NCBI GenBank assembly: GCA_963823065.1
Contig: CAWGJX010000004.1
Span: 192,139-256,138, forward strand
Length of the DNA: 64,000 bases
Direction of reading: 5' to 3'
Origin: an uncultured Bacteroidales bacterium
GTDB lineage: Bacteria > Bacteroidota > Bacteroidia > Bacteroidales > VadinHA17
In this document: piece after piece, positions 18,935 through 26,902 of the stretch
Layout of the letters: each line of letters begins with the position of its first letter
Numbering within the stretch: position 1 is the first letter of the stretch
Program-made: the position numbers and the translations under genes
The notes under the pieces: model-generated
Databases searched by the model: none
What the model saw: the letters and a program-made list of their open reading frames with translations, nothing else
What the model was told of the DNA's origin: nothing

Positions 18935-19624
18935 CTATTGCTTTGCAGCAACGGTCTGTAAGTATTTTATAATTGAGTTTCCTTCTTCATCTGTAATAGC
19001 TGCCATATTATAATCCTTCATACGCTTCCTCATACGTTCTACAACAGCAGGCCATTGTTCAGCAGTATGTTGATATGGAGATGGCAGGGCATGACATCTC
19101 GAGCAACTGTTCTTAAATTCTTCTGTTTGTGAGCCAGAGAGATCGGGGAGCTCATTTTCCTCGATAGTTTTCAGGCTATTGGCCTGAAGGTATGATAGAA
19201 TCTCTTTTTGTTCAGTTTGTGTGGGTACTTTTGCACTCATCATTCCCATAGGCATATTTCTTCTACGCATCATTCCTCTTCTCATTCCTCCCATCATTCC
19301 ACCCCTGGAACCCAGGTCTTCAGACTGCTGCGTTAAAAGCATCATCTTCCTCATGATTACTACCCAGTCTGATGCACTATGTCCAGCTGGATATGGGATC
19401 CCATGGCACTGAGAACAATACTGGACAGTCAGCTTGGCCCCTTCCGAATTTGGATCTGGCATCTGTTCCTTTTTTAATCCCTCTGGCATAAGTAATAGGG
19501 ATGAGGGCCATGCACTTTTATCCGATGCCTTGTTTTGACAACTAGCAGTAAGTGCTGTTAGAATGAAAAATGTAATTATCAAACAGATTGGTTTTGGAAA
19601 CGTGAAATCAGTCATCATGGTCAA
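18935..19624 (-). CDS. dihaem c-type cytochrome lipoprotein with a Met/Arg-rich insert
   Basis: Lipobox LTASCQ. Two repeated modules each carry CxxCH (CSQCHGIPYP..H....W, CSRCHALPSP..H....W). The insert is GGMMGGMRRGMMRRRNMPMGMMS. Confidence 0.65.
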   Translation of the reverse strand: MTMMTDFTFPKPICLIITFFILTALTASCQNKASDKSAWPSSLLLMPEGLKKEQMPDPNSEGAKLTVQYCSQCHGIPYPAGHSASDWVVIMRKMMLLTQQSEDLGSRGGMMGGMRRGMMRRRNMPMGMMSAKVPTQTEQKEILSYLQANSLKTIEENELPDLSGSQTEEFKNSCSRCHALPSPYQHTAEQWPAVVERMRKRMKDYNMAAITDEEGNSIIKYLQTVAAKQ

Positions 19625-19815
19625 TTATTTTAGGTAGATGTTAGCCAATGAGCTGTAAACTTTGTTCTGTTAACAATATAACAATTGTAATTACTTAAAA
19701 GTTTAAATAAAAGTTTATCTGCTTATTCTGAAATGATATCTTACATATCTTTTATCAGATTGGTTCTATGATTGTTTCAGCGGAGAGAGAAGCCTGATTC
19801 GTCCAGCTCTGAATT

Positions 19816-19839
19816 AAAAATCCCCCCGGCGTCGCCGGG
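19816..19839 (-). terminator. GC-rich hairpin followed by a T-run on the minus strand, downstream of a tRNA 3'-end fragment
   Basis: CCCGGCG-T-CGCCGGG on the plus strand. Read on the minus strand it is followed by GGGATTTTTAATT. Confidence 0.4.
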
Positions 19840-19854
19840 AGGAGTAATTTGATC

Positions 19855-19872
19855 TGCGGAGAGAGGGGGATT
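19855..19872 (-). repeat. 18-nt exact duplicate of the tRNA-Ser 3' end (TGCGGAGAGAGGGGGATT, identical to 20022-20039)
   Basis: Direct comparison of the two stretches. A weaker third copy, CGGAGAGAGA, is at 19781-19790. Confidence 0.85.
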
Positions 19873-19900
19873 ATTTTCAATGATCCCGGTGGGGCATCCA

Positions 19901-20024
19901 GCAAAGCTTAAATGAACCCTTCGGGTTTTATTTGTTTTTCCTCAGTCCCTCCAGAAAGCAAGCTTTCTTCGGGATTTCGTCAAAACAAATAACCCCGCTG
20001 ACGCGGGGTTCATTTAAGCTTTGC
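19901..20024. repeat. 124-nt imperfect inverted repeat with perfect 19-nt termini abutting the tRNA-Ser 3' end
   Basis: GCAAAGCTTAAATGAACCC (19901-19919) is the exact reverse complement of GGGTTCATTTAAGCTTTGC (20006-20024). The inner arms GGTTTTATTTGTTTT and AAAACAAATAACC also pair, and there is a central 7-bp hairpin AGAAAGC-AA-GCTTTCT. Confidence 0.75.
19981..20008 (-). terminator. intrinsic terminator downstream of tRNA-Ser
   Basis: Stem CCCCGC / GCGGGG with a 4-nt loop. On the minus strand it is followed by TTATTTGTTTTG. Confidence 0.6.
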
Positions 20025-20112
20025 GGAGAGAGGGGGATTCGAACCCCCGGTTCGCCGGAAGGCGAACAACGGTTTTCGAGACCGCCGCATTCGACCACTC
20101 TGCCATCTCTCC
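20024..20112 (-). tRNA. tRNA-Ser (anticodon CGA), 89 nt, CCA not encoded
   Basis: Minus strand reads GGAGAGA-TG-GCAGAGTGGTCGAATGC-G-GCGGT-CTCGAAA-ACCGT-TGTTCGCCTTCCGGCGAAC-C-GGGGGTTCGAATCCCCC-TCTCTCC-G. This gives a 7-bp acceptor stem, a CGA anticodon loop, a long variable arm with a 7-bp stem (class II tRNA), and a canonical TTCGAAT T-loop. Confidence 0.95.
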
Positions 20113-20333
20113 TTAACCTTAGACAATCGATTACTTCTCTGCTTCTTAAAGGATTTCAAAAATAGCAATTATTTGGATTCTTCTCATTCTTTATTTATAA
20201 TTAGATGATCCTTCTGTTTTGTATTCTGTAAGTTAATCTGTTAAATTCGTTAAGATTCTTTTGATTCCAAAATTGAAACCTTTAATTTGCACTTCCTTAA
20301 ATTATAAATAAATTCTAATCACTCTTTCAAATC

Positions 20334-22448
20334 ATGAAAAAGCTTTATAAAACATTATTAATTTGCGGTTTCATCTGCATCGCGATTGCAGGATGCAAAA
20401 CTAAACCAGTAACCAAGGTGGATAATTCAAATCCTTTTTTTACTTCTTTTAATACCCCTTTCGAAGTACCTCCATTTGAAAAGATAATGGCGAAACATTA
20501 TATGCCTGCTTTTATAAAAGGAATGGCAGAAGGAAGGGAAGATATTAAGAATCTTGTTAATAATTCAACCAACCCGACTTTTGAGAACACTATTGGAGCC
20601 TTAGACAAGTCAGGTGAGCTTTTGACTAAAGTATCTGCTGTTTTTTTCTCCCAGACATCAGCAAATACTAATGACTCACTTCAACAGATTGAAGTTGAAG
20701 TTTCTCCTTTACTATCGGCATACCATGACGAAATCCTCCTTGATTCAGCGCTTTTCAGAAGGATCAAAACTTTATATGATGGTAAGGATAAGCTCTCACT
20801 TACTCCGGAACAGGATTTTCTTCTTGTAAATCTGTATAAAAATTTTGTTCGTAACGGAGCTCTTCTTAAAGGAGCCGATCAGGATACTTTGAAAAAACTA
20901 AATGAGAAACTATCAGTACTGTCAGTGAAATTCGGGCAGAATGTGTTAGGAGAAAATAATAAATTTAAACTTGTAATTGATAATAAAGATGATCTGAAGG
21001 GATTACCTGAGGGCGTTATCAATGGAGCCGCTGATCTTGCTAAAAAAGATAGCCTTGACGGGAAATGGGTATTTACAATACAAAAACCAAGCATGCTTCC
21101 TTTCCTTACTTATGATGAAAACAGTGATTTGCGAAAAACATTGTATGATGGATATATAACAAAAGGGAATCATGGCGACAATCTGGATAACAATAAAATC
21201 CTGGCTGATATCGTAACTCTCAGGGCAGAACGCGCAAAACTGCTGGGTTTTAAATCATATGCTGACCTGAATCTCGACAACAGGATGGCTAAGACTCCTG
21301 CGAATGTCTATGCACTTTTGAATCAGCTTTGGTCACCTGCTTTAAAAGTAGCAGGACAGGAGCTTAACGAAATGCAAAAAATTGCCGGCAGGGAAAATAC
21401 AAAATTTAAAATTGAACCTTCAGACTGGTGGTACTACGCTGAGAAACTACGTAAAGAAAAATATAATCTTGATGATAATGAGCTCAGACCGTATTTTCAA
21501 CTCGATAACGTGAGAGAAGGCGCGTTCTCCGTTGCAAATAAGCTATATGGTATAACTTTCACTCAAATATCTGACATTCCGCTTCCCCATCCTGATGCTA
21601 AGGCTTTTGAAGTTAAAGAGGCTGACGGAACTCCTGTTGGTGTTCTGTATATGGATTTTTATACAAGGGCAAGCAAAGGTCAGGGTGCCTGGTGCGGCAG
21701 CTTCCGCGATCATAAATGGGCGGACGGTAAAGAAATTAAACCTATAGTAACAATCGTATGTAATTTCACTAATCCGTCGGGCGATACTCCCTCTTTGTTA
21801 AGTCTTGATGATGTGCAGACTCTTTTTCATGAATTCGGGCATGGACTCCAGGGTCTCTTCTCAGTAAATAAATACAGCATGACAAATACAGCTCAGGATA
21901 TTGTGGAATTGCCTTCGCAGATAATGGAACATTGGGCAACAGAACCTGAAGTACTAAAGATGTATGCAAAGAATTACAAAACAGGGGAAGTAATACCTGA
22001 AACACTTATCAGCAAAATTCAGAAAAGCAGATATTTTAATACCGGTTTTGATAATGTAGAATTGCTTGCAGCTTCACTTCTTGATATGGACTATCATACC
22101 CTTGAAGCACCTGTACATATCGATATTCAAAATTTTGAAAAAGAGCATCTTCAGAAAATGGGGCTCATTAAAGAAATTTTACCACGATACAGAAGTACTT
22201 ATTTTCTGCATATATCGGGCGATGGATATGCTGCCGGATATTATTGCTACACATGGGCTGCAGTACTGGACAACGATGCATTCGAAGCATTTAAGGAAAA
22301 AGGTATTTTTGACAAAGCAACCGCTGAATCTTTTAGAAAGAATGTACTGGCTCCGATGGGAATCATGGATGCCGAACAGAGCTATATCAATTTCAGAGGC
22401 CGTAAACCTGTTATAGAACCTTTATTGAAAAACAGGGGACTTATCTAA
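20334..22448 (+). CDS. dcp: M3-family peptidyl-dipeptidase (Dcp-like) lipoprotein
   Basis: 704 aa, lipobox IAIAGCKT, zinc motif HEFGHGLQ and a downstream E (ELPSQIMEH). Overall M3A length. Confidence 0.85.
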   Translation: MKKLYKTLLICGFICIAIAGCKTKPVTKVDNSNPFFTSFNTPFEVPPFEKIMAKHYMPAFIKGMAEGREDIKNLVNNSTNPTFENTIGALDKSGELLTKVSAVFFSQTSANTNDSLQQIEVEVSPLLSAYHDEILLDSALFRRIKTLYDGKDKLSLTPEQDFLLVNLYKNFVRNGALLKGADQDTLKKLNEKLSVLSVKFGQNVLGENNKFKLVIDNKDDLKGLPEGVINGAADLAKKDSLDGKWVFTIQKPSMLPFLTYDENSDLRKTLYDGYITKGNHGDNLDNNKILADIVTLRAERAKLLGFKSYADLNLDNRMAKTPANVYALLNQLWSPALKVAGQELNEMQKIAGRENTKFKIEPSDWWYYAEKLRKEKYNLDDNELRPYFQLDNVREGAFSVANKLYGITFTQISDIPLPHPDAKAFEVKEADGTPVGVLYMDFYTRASKGQGAWCGSFRDHKWADGKEIKPIVTIVCNFTNPSGDTPSLLSLDDVQTLFHEFGHGLQGLFSVNKYSMTNTAQDIVELPSQIMEHWATEPEVLKMYAKNYKTGEVIPETLISKIQKSRYFNTGFDNVELLAASLLDMDYHTLEAPVHIDIQNFEKEHLQKMGLIKEILPRYRSTYFLHISGDGYAAGYYCYTWAAVLDNDAFEAFKEKGIFDKATAESFRKNVLAPMGIMDAEQSYINFRGRKPVIEPLLKNRGLI

Positions 22449-22714
22449 AATGCCTTGCTGATTTCTTCATGACTGACACCACGGACTTTACGAGATACTT
22501 TATCAAGTTCCTGTTTGTCACCTGTTAAATGCAAGGTATATTGTATATGACTGAGGTTTTCTCCCGGCTTAAGATCAGCTGCCGGTGAGGAAGTCTCAAG
22601 TTCATAAAACGGCCCCATCTGCGAACCATCTTCAAGCGGACCGTCATTATATGAATTGAGAATCTTCACCCTCAAACTCTGGCTTGCCAGACTTGTCATT
22701 TTTTTTCTTTTCAT
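22445..22714 (-). pseudogene. 89-codon ORF that looks like the C-terminal remnant of a larger conserved hypothetical protein
   Basis: The block NSYNDGPLEDGSQMGPFYELETSSPAADLKPGENLSH resembles, from memory, the C-terminal end of ~300-aa Bacteroidota proteins of unknown function. There is no room for the missing N-terminal part, because rlmN starts 135 nt upstream on the other strand. Confidence 0.35.
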
Positions 22715-22831
22715 ACCTTCTCCAGAAGGGGAGAGATGTAAGTGAGGTAAAGCGAATAATAAACCGGATCGGATTCAATGCAATTACCACCGCTTACCCG
22801 ATAATTATAACCAGGATATTGATAATCGCTC

Positions 22832-22839
22832 TATTTTTG
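22832..22839 (+). promoter_or_regulatory. candidate -7 box TATTTTTG only 10 nt before the rlmN ATG
   Basis: Exact TAnnTTTG match; the ATG is at 22850. Confidence 0.4.
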
Positions 22840-22849
22840 CAAATATCTG

Positions 22850-23875
22850 ATGAATATGGTTAGGAAAAGTATCTGCGGATTGACTTCTGATGAAATATAT
22901 GAATTTATAAGATCAGATGGATTCACTGCCGGGCATGCGATAACACTCGCACATAACGTTTATAAAAAACACAGATCAGATATATCATTGTTTGAAAAAA
23001 TTCCGAAAACGCTCAAATTAATGCTTTCTGCTTCTGCAGTGAGTGGAATCTTCGTCCCAAAGAATGAACTGGTTTCCGAAGACAAATCAGTTAAGTATCT
23101 GTTCGTCTCGGAATTGGGGAACATGTTCGAAACTGTTTACATTCCGGAAGGTAGGAGACATACTGTATGTGTTTCAACGCAGTCAGGATGCAGAATGGGG
23201 TGTACATTTTGTGCAACCGGGGAATATGGCTACAAAGGCAATCTTACTCCGGCAGAAATTGTGAATCAAATCATAGCCATTCCACAGTCTGAAAAGATTA
23301 CTCATGTTGTTTTTATGGGCATGGGAGAGCCAATGGATAATCTGGAAAATGTTCTTAGGGCATGTAATATCATTACAGCCGAATGGGGTTTGGCATTGAG
23401 TCCAAGAAATGTAACTGTTTCAACTGTAGGAATTTTGCCCGGAATTGAAAAATTTCTTAAAGCTTCTGACTGTAATATGACTTTAAGTCTTTTTTCTCCA
23501 TTTACTGATGAACGGGTTAAGGGAGTCCCGATAGAAAGGCTATATCCTTTTCAAAAGATATTGGGTCTTATGAAACAATTTAAGGTCAGGAAGGGGAGGA
23601 GATTAACCGTGGCTTATATGATGATACAAAATGTAAATGATACAGATTCGCATCTCAGAGAACTGATATCTCTTGTTAAAGGGTCCTCAATACGGGTAAA
23701 TTTAATACCATATCATCCGCATCCTGGCTTGCCGAACTTATCATCGTCCAGAGAGAGGATGCAGTATTTTAAACATAATCTGGTAATTTCAGGAATATCC
23801 GCTTCAATTCGAAAATCAAGAGGATCAGATATTTCAGCTGCTTGCGGGTTACTGGCAGCAAGGACTATTTATTAA
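22850..23875 (+). CDS. rlmN: radical-SAM 23S rRNA/tRNA adenine-C2 methyltransferase (RlmN family)
   Basis: Radical SAM cluster motif GCRMGCTFCATG, a C-terminal catalytic Cys in DISAACGLL, and a size of 341 aa. Confidence 0.82.
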   Translation: MNMVRKSICGLTSDEIYEFIRSDGFTAGHAITLAHNVYKKHRSDISLFEKIPKTLKLMLSASAVSGIFVPKNELVSEDKSVKYLFVSELGNMFETVYIPEGRRHTVCVSTQSGCRMGCTFCATGEYGYKGNLTPAEIVNQIIAIPQSEKITHVVFMGMGEPMDNLENVLRACNIITAEWGLALSPRNVTVSTVGILPGIEKFLKASDCNMTLSLFSPFTDERVKGVPIERLYPFQKILGLMKQFKVRKGRRLTVAYMMIQNVNDTDSHLRELISLVKGSSIRVNLIPYHPHPGLPNLSSSRERMQYFKHNLVISGISASIRKSRGSDISAACGLLAARTIY

Positions 23876-24383
23876 TCAATTGGAACATAAATTCATCGAG
23901 GTAGCCATCATCTGTTTTGATCCAGTCTTTTTTTGTTCCGCTTTTCACAAATCCTTGCTTCACGAACAGATCAATGCTTTCAGCATTATTTGAAATTATG
24001 TTGCAGAATACCTGGTGCAACTTCAGAATTTCAAAACAATAATTTAAAAGACATGTTAGTGACATCGATGCAAATCCCTTTTTCCTGTAGCATTCGTAGG
24101 CTATGAGTATTCCAATTCCTGCTCTTTTATGAAATGGATCGAATTCAAATACATCGATGGTCCCAATAGTTTTTTTATCATCAATATGGTCAATCATAAG
24201 CCTGAGTTGTCCTGTCTCATAGATATTTTTATTAGAATTTTCAATGTACTGTTTGAGGTTATATCTTGAAAAAGGAGTAATGGTATTGCTTATTGACCAG
24301 AAACTCTGATTGTTTTCCCACTCGTAAAGCAACTCCAGGTCCTCAGGTTCCACCGCCCTGAGTTTGATATTTTTATACTTCAT
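23865..24383 (-). CDS. GNAT-family N-acetyltransferase (RimJ/RimL-like)
   Basis: 172 aa with an acetyl-CoA-binding-type block (RKKGFASMSL...) and typical GNAT length. Its 3' end overlaps the rlmN 3' end by 11 nt (convergent). Confidence 0.75.
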   Translation of the reverse strand: MKYKNIKLRAVEPEDLELLYEWENNQSFWSISNTITPFSRYNLKQYIENSNKNIYETGQLRLMIDHIDDKKTIGTIDVFEFDPFHKRAGIGILIAYECYRKKGFASMSLTCLLNYCFEILKLHQVFCNIISNNAESIDLFVKQGFVKSGTKKDWIKTDDGYLDEFMFQLINK

Positions 24384-24391
24384 GGTCTCTT

Positions 24392-26902
24392 CTATTTGGT
24401 TACCAATTCGTAGAGATTTCTGATATATGCATCATCATATCCTGTTTTGTGGACTATTAAAAGTGCATTTTTAGCATCTGAAAGAGAGGTATATTCGCCA
24501 TAGTAATATTTATAATATCCATCGTTGGCTTTTATCTCAGAAACTCCTTGAAGTCCGCTGAATATTTTCCCGGCATTTATAGGATTTCTTGTAGCTCCAA
24601 GCTGAATAGTATATTTCTTGTGATCCAGATGACTTAAAAATGAGTTTTTTCCACCGGGGTTTAATATTGCGTTTGATTCATTTTCCAGGTCATACTGGTT
24701 CAATATATAGGCATTTTTGAATCCATTATCCCGGGCATATCCAAGATATTTCAAAGCGTCTGTCTTATTGTAGAATACTCCCAGAACGTACATTGAGATT
24801 GTATCGGATTTAATCGTCCTGATAAAGAATAGTTTATCATTTGTTAATGAAGAAAAGTAATCGGGTGTCAGTTTCCTGGCTGATTTTAGTAAAACAATAC
24901 TGTATCTAAGTGAAAATGGTTGTCGGAGTTGCTCCGGTGTGTAGGTTTCCTGCCGGATTATAATACCGGTTTTATGATCGACAATTCCAAATGTAACACG
25001 CCGGTTATACTTTCTCCCTTCCGGATTATCTGAACCATCAGGATTTGAGTTTAGAGCAACATAATCAGCTTTTCCGTATGATTTTTTAATAAACATTCTG
25101 ATTGATGCTCCATTCTGCGTTAGGTAATCTATTACAGCCTGAGCTCTCTTATCAGCGAGCATTTCATTATATTCTTTGGTACCTTTTCCATCGGTATATC
25201 CTGCAACCTCCACTTTTAATTCAGGATAATTGGTGAGGACAGATCTTAACCTTTCAAGAACTGATAGAGCCTGATCGTTCAGTTTAAAACTATTAAAGTC
25301 AAAAAGGACATTGTTTAATGACAGAAACTCGCCGTCAAATACTTTATCTGGTACAAGAGAGGAGCTGACAAAAACATAGTTACCTCCGAAATTTACCGGG
25401 ATACTCAGATTAATTGAATCTGTCTTATACCCGGTATGACTTATATAAAGCTGATATTCACCCGGTTTAATATCAAAAGAGTAATTAGCTGAATCGAGTA
25501 GATCTATTTTTTTTGTTTCTTTTTGGTCAACAAGCAGTATTTTTGTCTGTTTGGGATCTGCTGTTATTCCATCCTGAAGTTCAATATCTCCTTTTAATTT
25601 TATAACTCTTTCTACTGGTATTTCAGTAGTAAGCGTATATATATTCCGTGTACGTGATTTTTCGTCAAAAAGGCTGGTTATATAGCTATTTTTTTGATCA
25701 CTCTGGATAAAGAAGTTGTTGCTAACAGTATTATTTAATGGATAAGGCAATCCCACGGGATTAGACCATGTTCCATTCTTCTTCTGAGAACTGAATACAT
25801 CGTAACCTCCCATGCTGATATGACCCATTGAACTGAATAGCATAGTTCCCTTATCCTGATCGAAGAAAGGAGTATCTTCATTATAAGGAGTATTAATGAC
25901 ATTCCCGCAATTGACTGGTTCAGACCATTTCCCAGCATCATTTTTTTCAGAAAACCATATGTCAAGCTCACCGTAACCGCCAGGCCTGTTGCTTGAAAAG
26001 TATATAGATTTACCATCAGGGGTAATAAAGCCAGAGGACTGCCAGTAAATGGAATTAACAGGTTTTGGGAAACTTTTGATCCTGGTCCAGGTGGAATCTT
26101 TCCTCTGTGAATAATATAGATTTCCGTTTCCCCCTTCTTCGAGATAAATGACCAAAAACTTTCCATCACCTGTAATCGAGTTCGAATAAAATTTATCAGC
26201 TCCTCCAAGTTGTCTGGAGATATCAACAGGCTTTTTCCATGTTCCTGTATTGTAAGAGCAGAAAATGTGAGTTTTGCCGTTTTCTTTCCGGGTAAAAATA
26301 AATACAGAATCATTTTTTGAAAGTACCGGATTGCATGCTCCGGGATAATCACTTAGCCATCCTGTAAATAATTGTGAGAATAACCTTATAGGTTTTTTCT
26401 CCATATCAATCGCATACTTACAATCTTTTATCTGATTGTCAATGTATTCGTCCTTGAAGATTTTTGTGCCGCTTAAACGTTTTCTGGCGGCAGAGTAGAG
26501 CGTGATTGCTTTTTGGAGACTATCACTCTGATGATATGCAGTTGCAAGGTACAGATAAGTATCAATCGGCGCCTTTTCGCCATATTCAATATATTCCTTG
26601 TCAGTGCCGGCTACATTCAAAATCGCTTTTGAAAGAAGTTTCAGTGCTTCGTAGTTTCTTCCATCGAGATTCAAATAGCATATTCCAAGTTTAGCTGCAA
26701 GGTTAGAGTTCTCGGGATAAATCTTATAGAGCGCTTCATACAGACTGGCAGCTTTTTCGTAATTCTGATCGTAATAGTAATAAATATCAGCTTCCTGAAC
26801 GGCATTAATGAATCCTCTTTTGGAAAGTGTTTGAGAGAAAGAAGACAGGTACAAGAAAATCAACAGGGATAGAATAACTGTCCTCCTGAGCGCAGTTTTC
26901 AT
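24392..26902 (-). CDS. PorE-like envelope protein: signal peptide, TPR, PD40/TolB-like beta-propeller, CRD-like domain, OmpA_C peptidoglycan-binding domain, two SPOR-like domains
   Basis: OmpA_C motif VEVAGYTDGKGTKEYNEMLADKRAQAVIDYL...NRRVTF lies at about nt 24977-25324. PD40 blades include YFSSNRPGGYGELDIWFS and GHISMGGYDVFSS. The SPOR-like segments lie at about nt 24698-24910 and 24407-24616. Confidence 0.7.
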   Translation of the reverse strand: MKTALRRTVILSLLIFLYLSSFSQTLSKRGFINAVQEADIYYYYDQNYEKAASLYEALYKIYPENSNLAAKLGICYLNLDGRNYEALKLLSKAILNVAGTDKEYIEYGEKAPIDTYLYLATAYHQSDSLQKAITLYSAARKRLSGTKIFKDEYIDNQIKDCKYAIDMEKKPIRLFSQLFTGWLSDYPGACNPVLSKNDSVFIFTRKENGKTHIFCSYNTGTWKKPVDISRQLGGADKFYSNSITGDGKFLVIYLEEGGNGNLYYSQRKDSTWTRIKSFPKPVNSIYWQSSGFITPDGKSIYFSSNRPGGYGELDIWFSEKNDAGKWSEPVNCGNVINTPYNEDTPFFDQDKGTMLFSSMGHISMGGYDVFSSQKKNGTWSNPVGLPYPLNNTVSNNFFIQSDQKNSYITSLFDEKSRTRNIYTLTTEIPVERVIKLKGDIELQDGITADPKQTKILLVDQKETKKIDLLDSANYSFDIKPGEYQLYISHTGYKTDSINLSIPVNFGGNYVFVSSSLVPDKVFDGEFLSLNNVLFDFNSFKLNDQALSVLERLRSVLTNYPELKVEVAGYTDGKGTKEYNEMLADKRAQAVIDYLTQNGASIRMFIKKSYGKADYVALNSNPDGSDNPEGRKYNRRVTFGIVDHKTGIIIRQETYTPEQLRQPFSLRYSIVLLKSARKLTPDYFSSLTNDKLFFIRTIKSDTISMYVLGVFYNKTDALKYLGYARDNGFKNAYILNQYDLENESNAILNPGGKNSFLSHLDHKKYTIQLGATRNPINAGKIFSGLQGVSEIKANDGYYKYYYGEYTSLSDAKNALLIVHKTGYDDAYIRNLYELVTK

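Noticed and set aside
19857-19975. Possible second (pseudo-)tRNA between the tRNA 3'-end copy at 19857 and GGAGGGA at about 19949-19955
   Set aside because: GGAGGGA could pair with the TCTCTCC copy as an acceptor stem. However, there is no D-arm, no canonical TTCGAAT T-loop (it reads ATTGAAAATAATCC) and no anticodon arm, so I could not draw a cloverleaf.
19932-20165. 77-aa plus-strand ORF
   Set aside because: It is the antisense translation of tRNA-Ser and its flanks, not a gene.
19625-20333. Integrated island or prophage at tRNA-Ser
   Set aside because: No integrase, excisionase or phage-like ORF lies within several kb on either side. Only short att-like repeats remain, and these are reported as a finding instead.
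22850-23875. Possibility that the radical-SAM methyltransferase is the resistance enzyme Cfr rather than RlmN
   Set aside because: RlmN and Cfr share the motifs visible here. The gene sits in a housekeeping context with no mobile elements. Without a phylogeny I default to RlmN.
25735-26352. 205-aa minus-strand ORF inside the PorE-like gene, and many other 60-170-aa ORFs overlapping large genes (for example 4547-4915, 5259-5657, 18247-18705, 33956-34324, 42872-43375, 51345-51692, 60740-61102)
   Set aside because: All lie within or antisense to longer ORFs that carry recognisable family motifs. Their own translations show no motifs and have skewed composition typical of off-frame reads.
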